Source: Novakomyces olei
Taxonomy: Eukaryota
Direction of reading: 5' to 3'
Assembly (NCBI GenBank): GCA_016906335.1
Contig: JADEYG010000002.1
Span: 1,488,001 to 1,552,000 of the forward strand
DNA length: 64,000 nucleotides
Both the position numbers and the translations under genes were made by a program. Below, one piece after another: positions 63,568-64,000 of this stretch (its first letter is position 1; each line of letters starts with the position of its first letter). The notes beneath the pieces were generated by a model. The model did not search any database. It had not been told where the DNA came from and saw only the letters and a program-made list of their open reading frames with translations.

Positions 63568-64000
63568 CTAAACCTTCATATCACTGGACGGTAAAGCCCA
63601 TGAGCGAGAAGTGCTATGCAGCTCCTCATCGAGCCAAGCCCGATCAGAGTCAGGAGCTTGCAGGGCATATGGAGCACGCGCAAGTGTTTTGTGCATATCC
63701 TTATTATCATAACGGGTTGGGCGCCGACCTTTGTTATGGTCCATAAAACGAACAGGTCCGATGCCAATATCTTGAGAATTGGCCCCTGAACGGCGCTGTG
63801 AGCTTTCCAAGGTACTTGCCCGGCGCCGACGATTATCTACGTCACTATCTTGTGCAGCAAACAAAAGCTTCATATCAGAAGGCTTGTTGAGCCAGCCGTC
63901 TCCACCCATGAATATATCATCCACCAAATCGACAGGATCCATTTCACCAAACAAACGCGAAAACTTGCAAGTGAGCCGTTGCCCGGAGAATTCGGAGCAC
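63568..64000 (-). CDS. 3' end of an unidentified protein-coding gene continuing beyond the window
   Basis: The frame is open from 63999 to TAG at 63570-63568 (..QRLTCKFSRLFGEMDPVDLVDDIFMGGDGWL..), followed by an AT-rich 3' region. Confidence 0.7.
   Translation of the reverse strand, partial: CSEFSGQRLTCKFSRLFGEMDPVDLVDDIFMGGDGWLNKPSDMKLLFAAQDSDVDNRRRRASTLESSQRRSGANSQDIGIGPVRFMDHNKGRRPTRYDNKDMHKTLARAPYALQAPDSDRAWLDEELHSTSRSWALPSSDMKV

Overview
Gene-dense window from an intron-rich ascomycete fungus. Rho1 closely resembles fission-yeast Rho1 and the shortest introns are about 36-50 nt, which suggests Taphrinomycotina (inference). I hand-built 22 complete protein-coding models plus a partial gene at the right edge and possibly one at the left: FlbC-type C2H2 factor, BSD protein, BiP/Kar2, Doa4/USP8-like protease, ArfGAP, Grr1-like F-box, Rbg1/DRG1, CENP-B-type HTH protein, PXA protein, APC permease, Ufd2, Rho1, Fpg glycosylase, DHX35-like helicase, ABC1 kinase, Pml1/SNIP1, Tvp15, CM1 coiled-coil protein, small LEA-like protein, mitochondrial helical protein, AP-1 gamma and a Nrm1/Whi5-family protein. 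No tRNA, rRNA, CRISPR or intact transposon was seen. The most unusual signals concern splicing and repeats. (1) RBG1 intron 1 must be a 58-nt AT-AC intron with U2-type signals. (2) 12 of 55 inferred introns end in AAG rather than YAG. (3) Intron sizes split into minimal and expanded classes, several of the latter inflated by locally born tandem repeats that also fill intergenic AT islands and coding linkers. (4) An orphan ~100-nt hairpin lies next to a ~570-bp GGAAGTATA satellite between convergent genes. (5) A telomere-like ACCCTAAGAAG array lies between convergent genes. All exon boundaries are manual inferences from reading frame and remembered protein motifs, not from transcript data or database searches.
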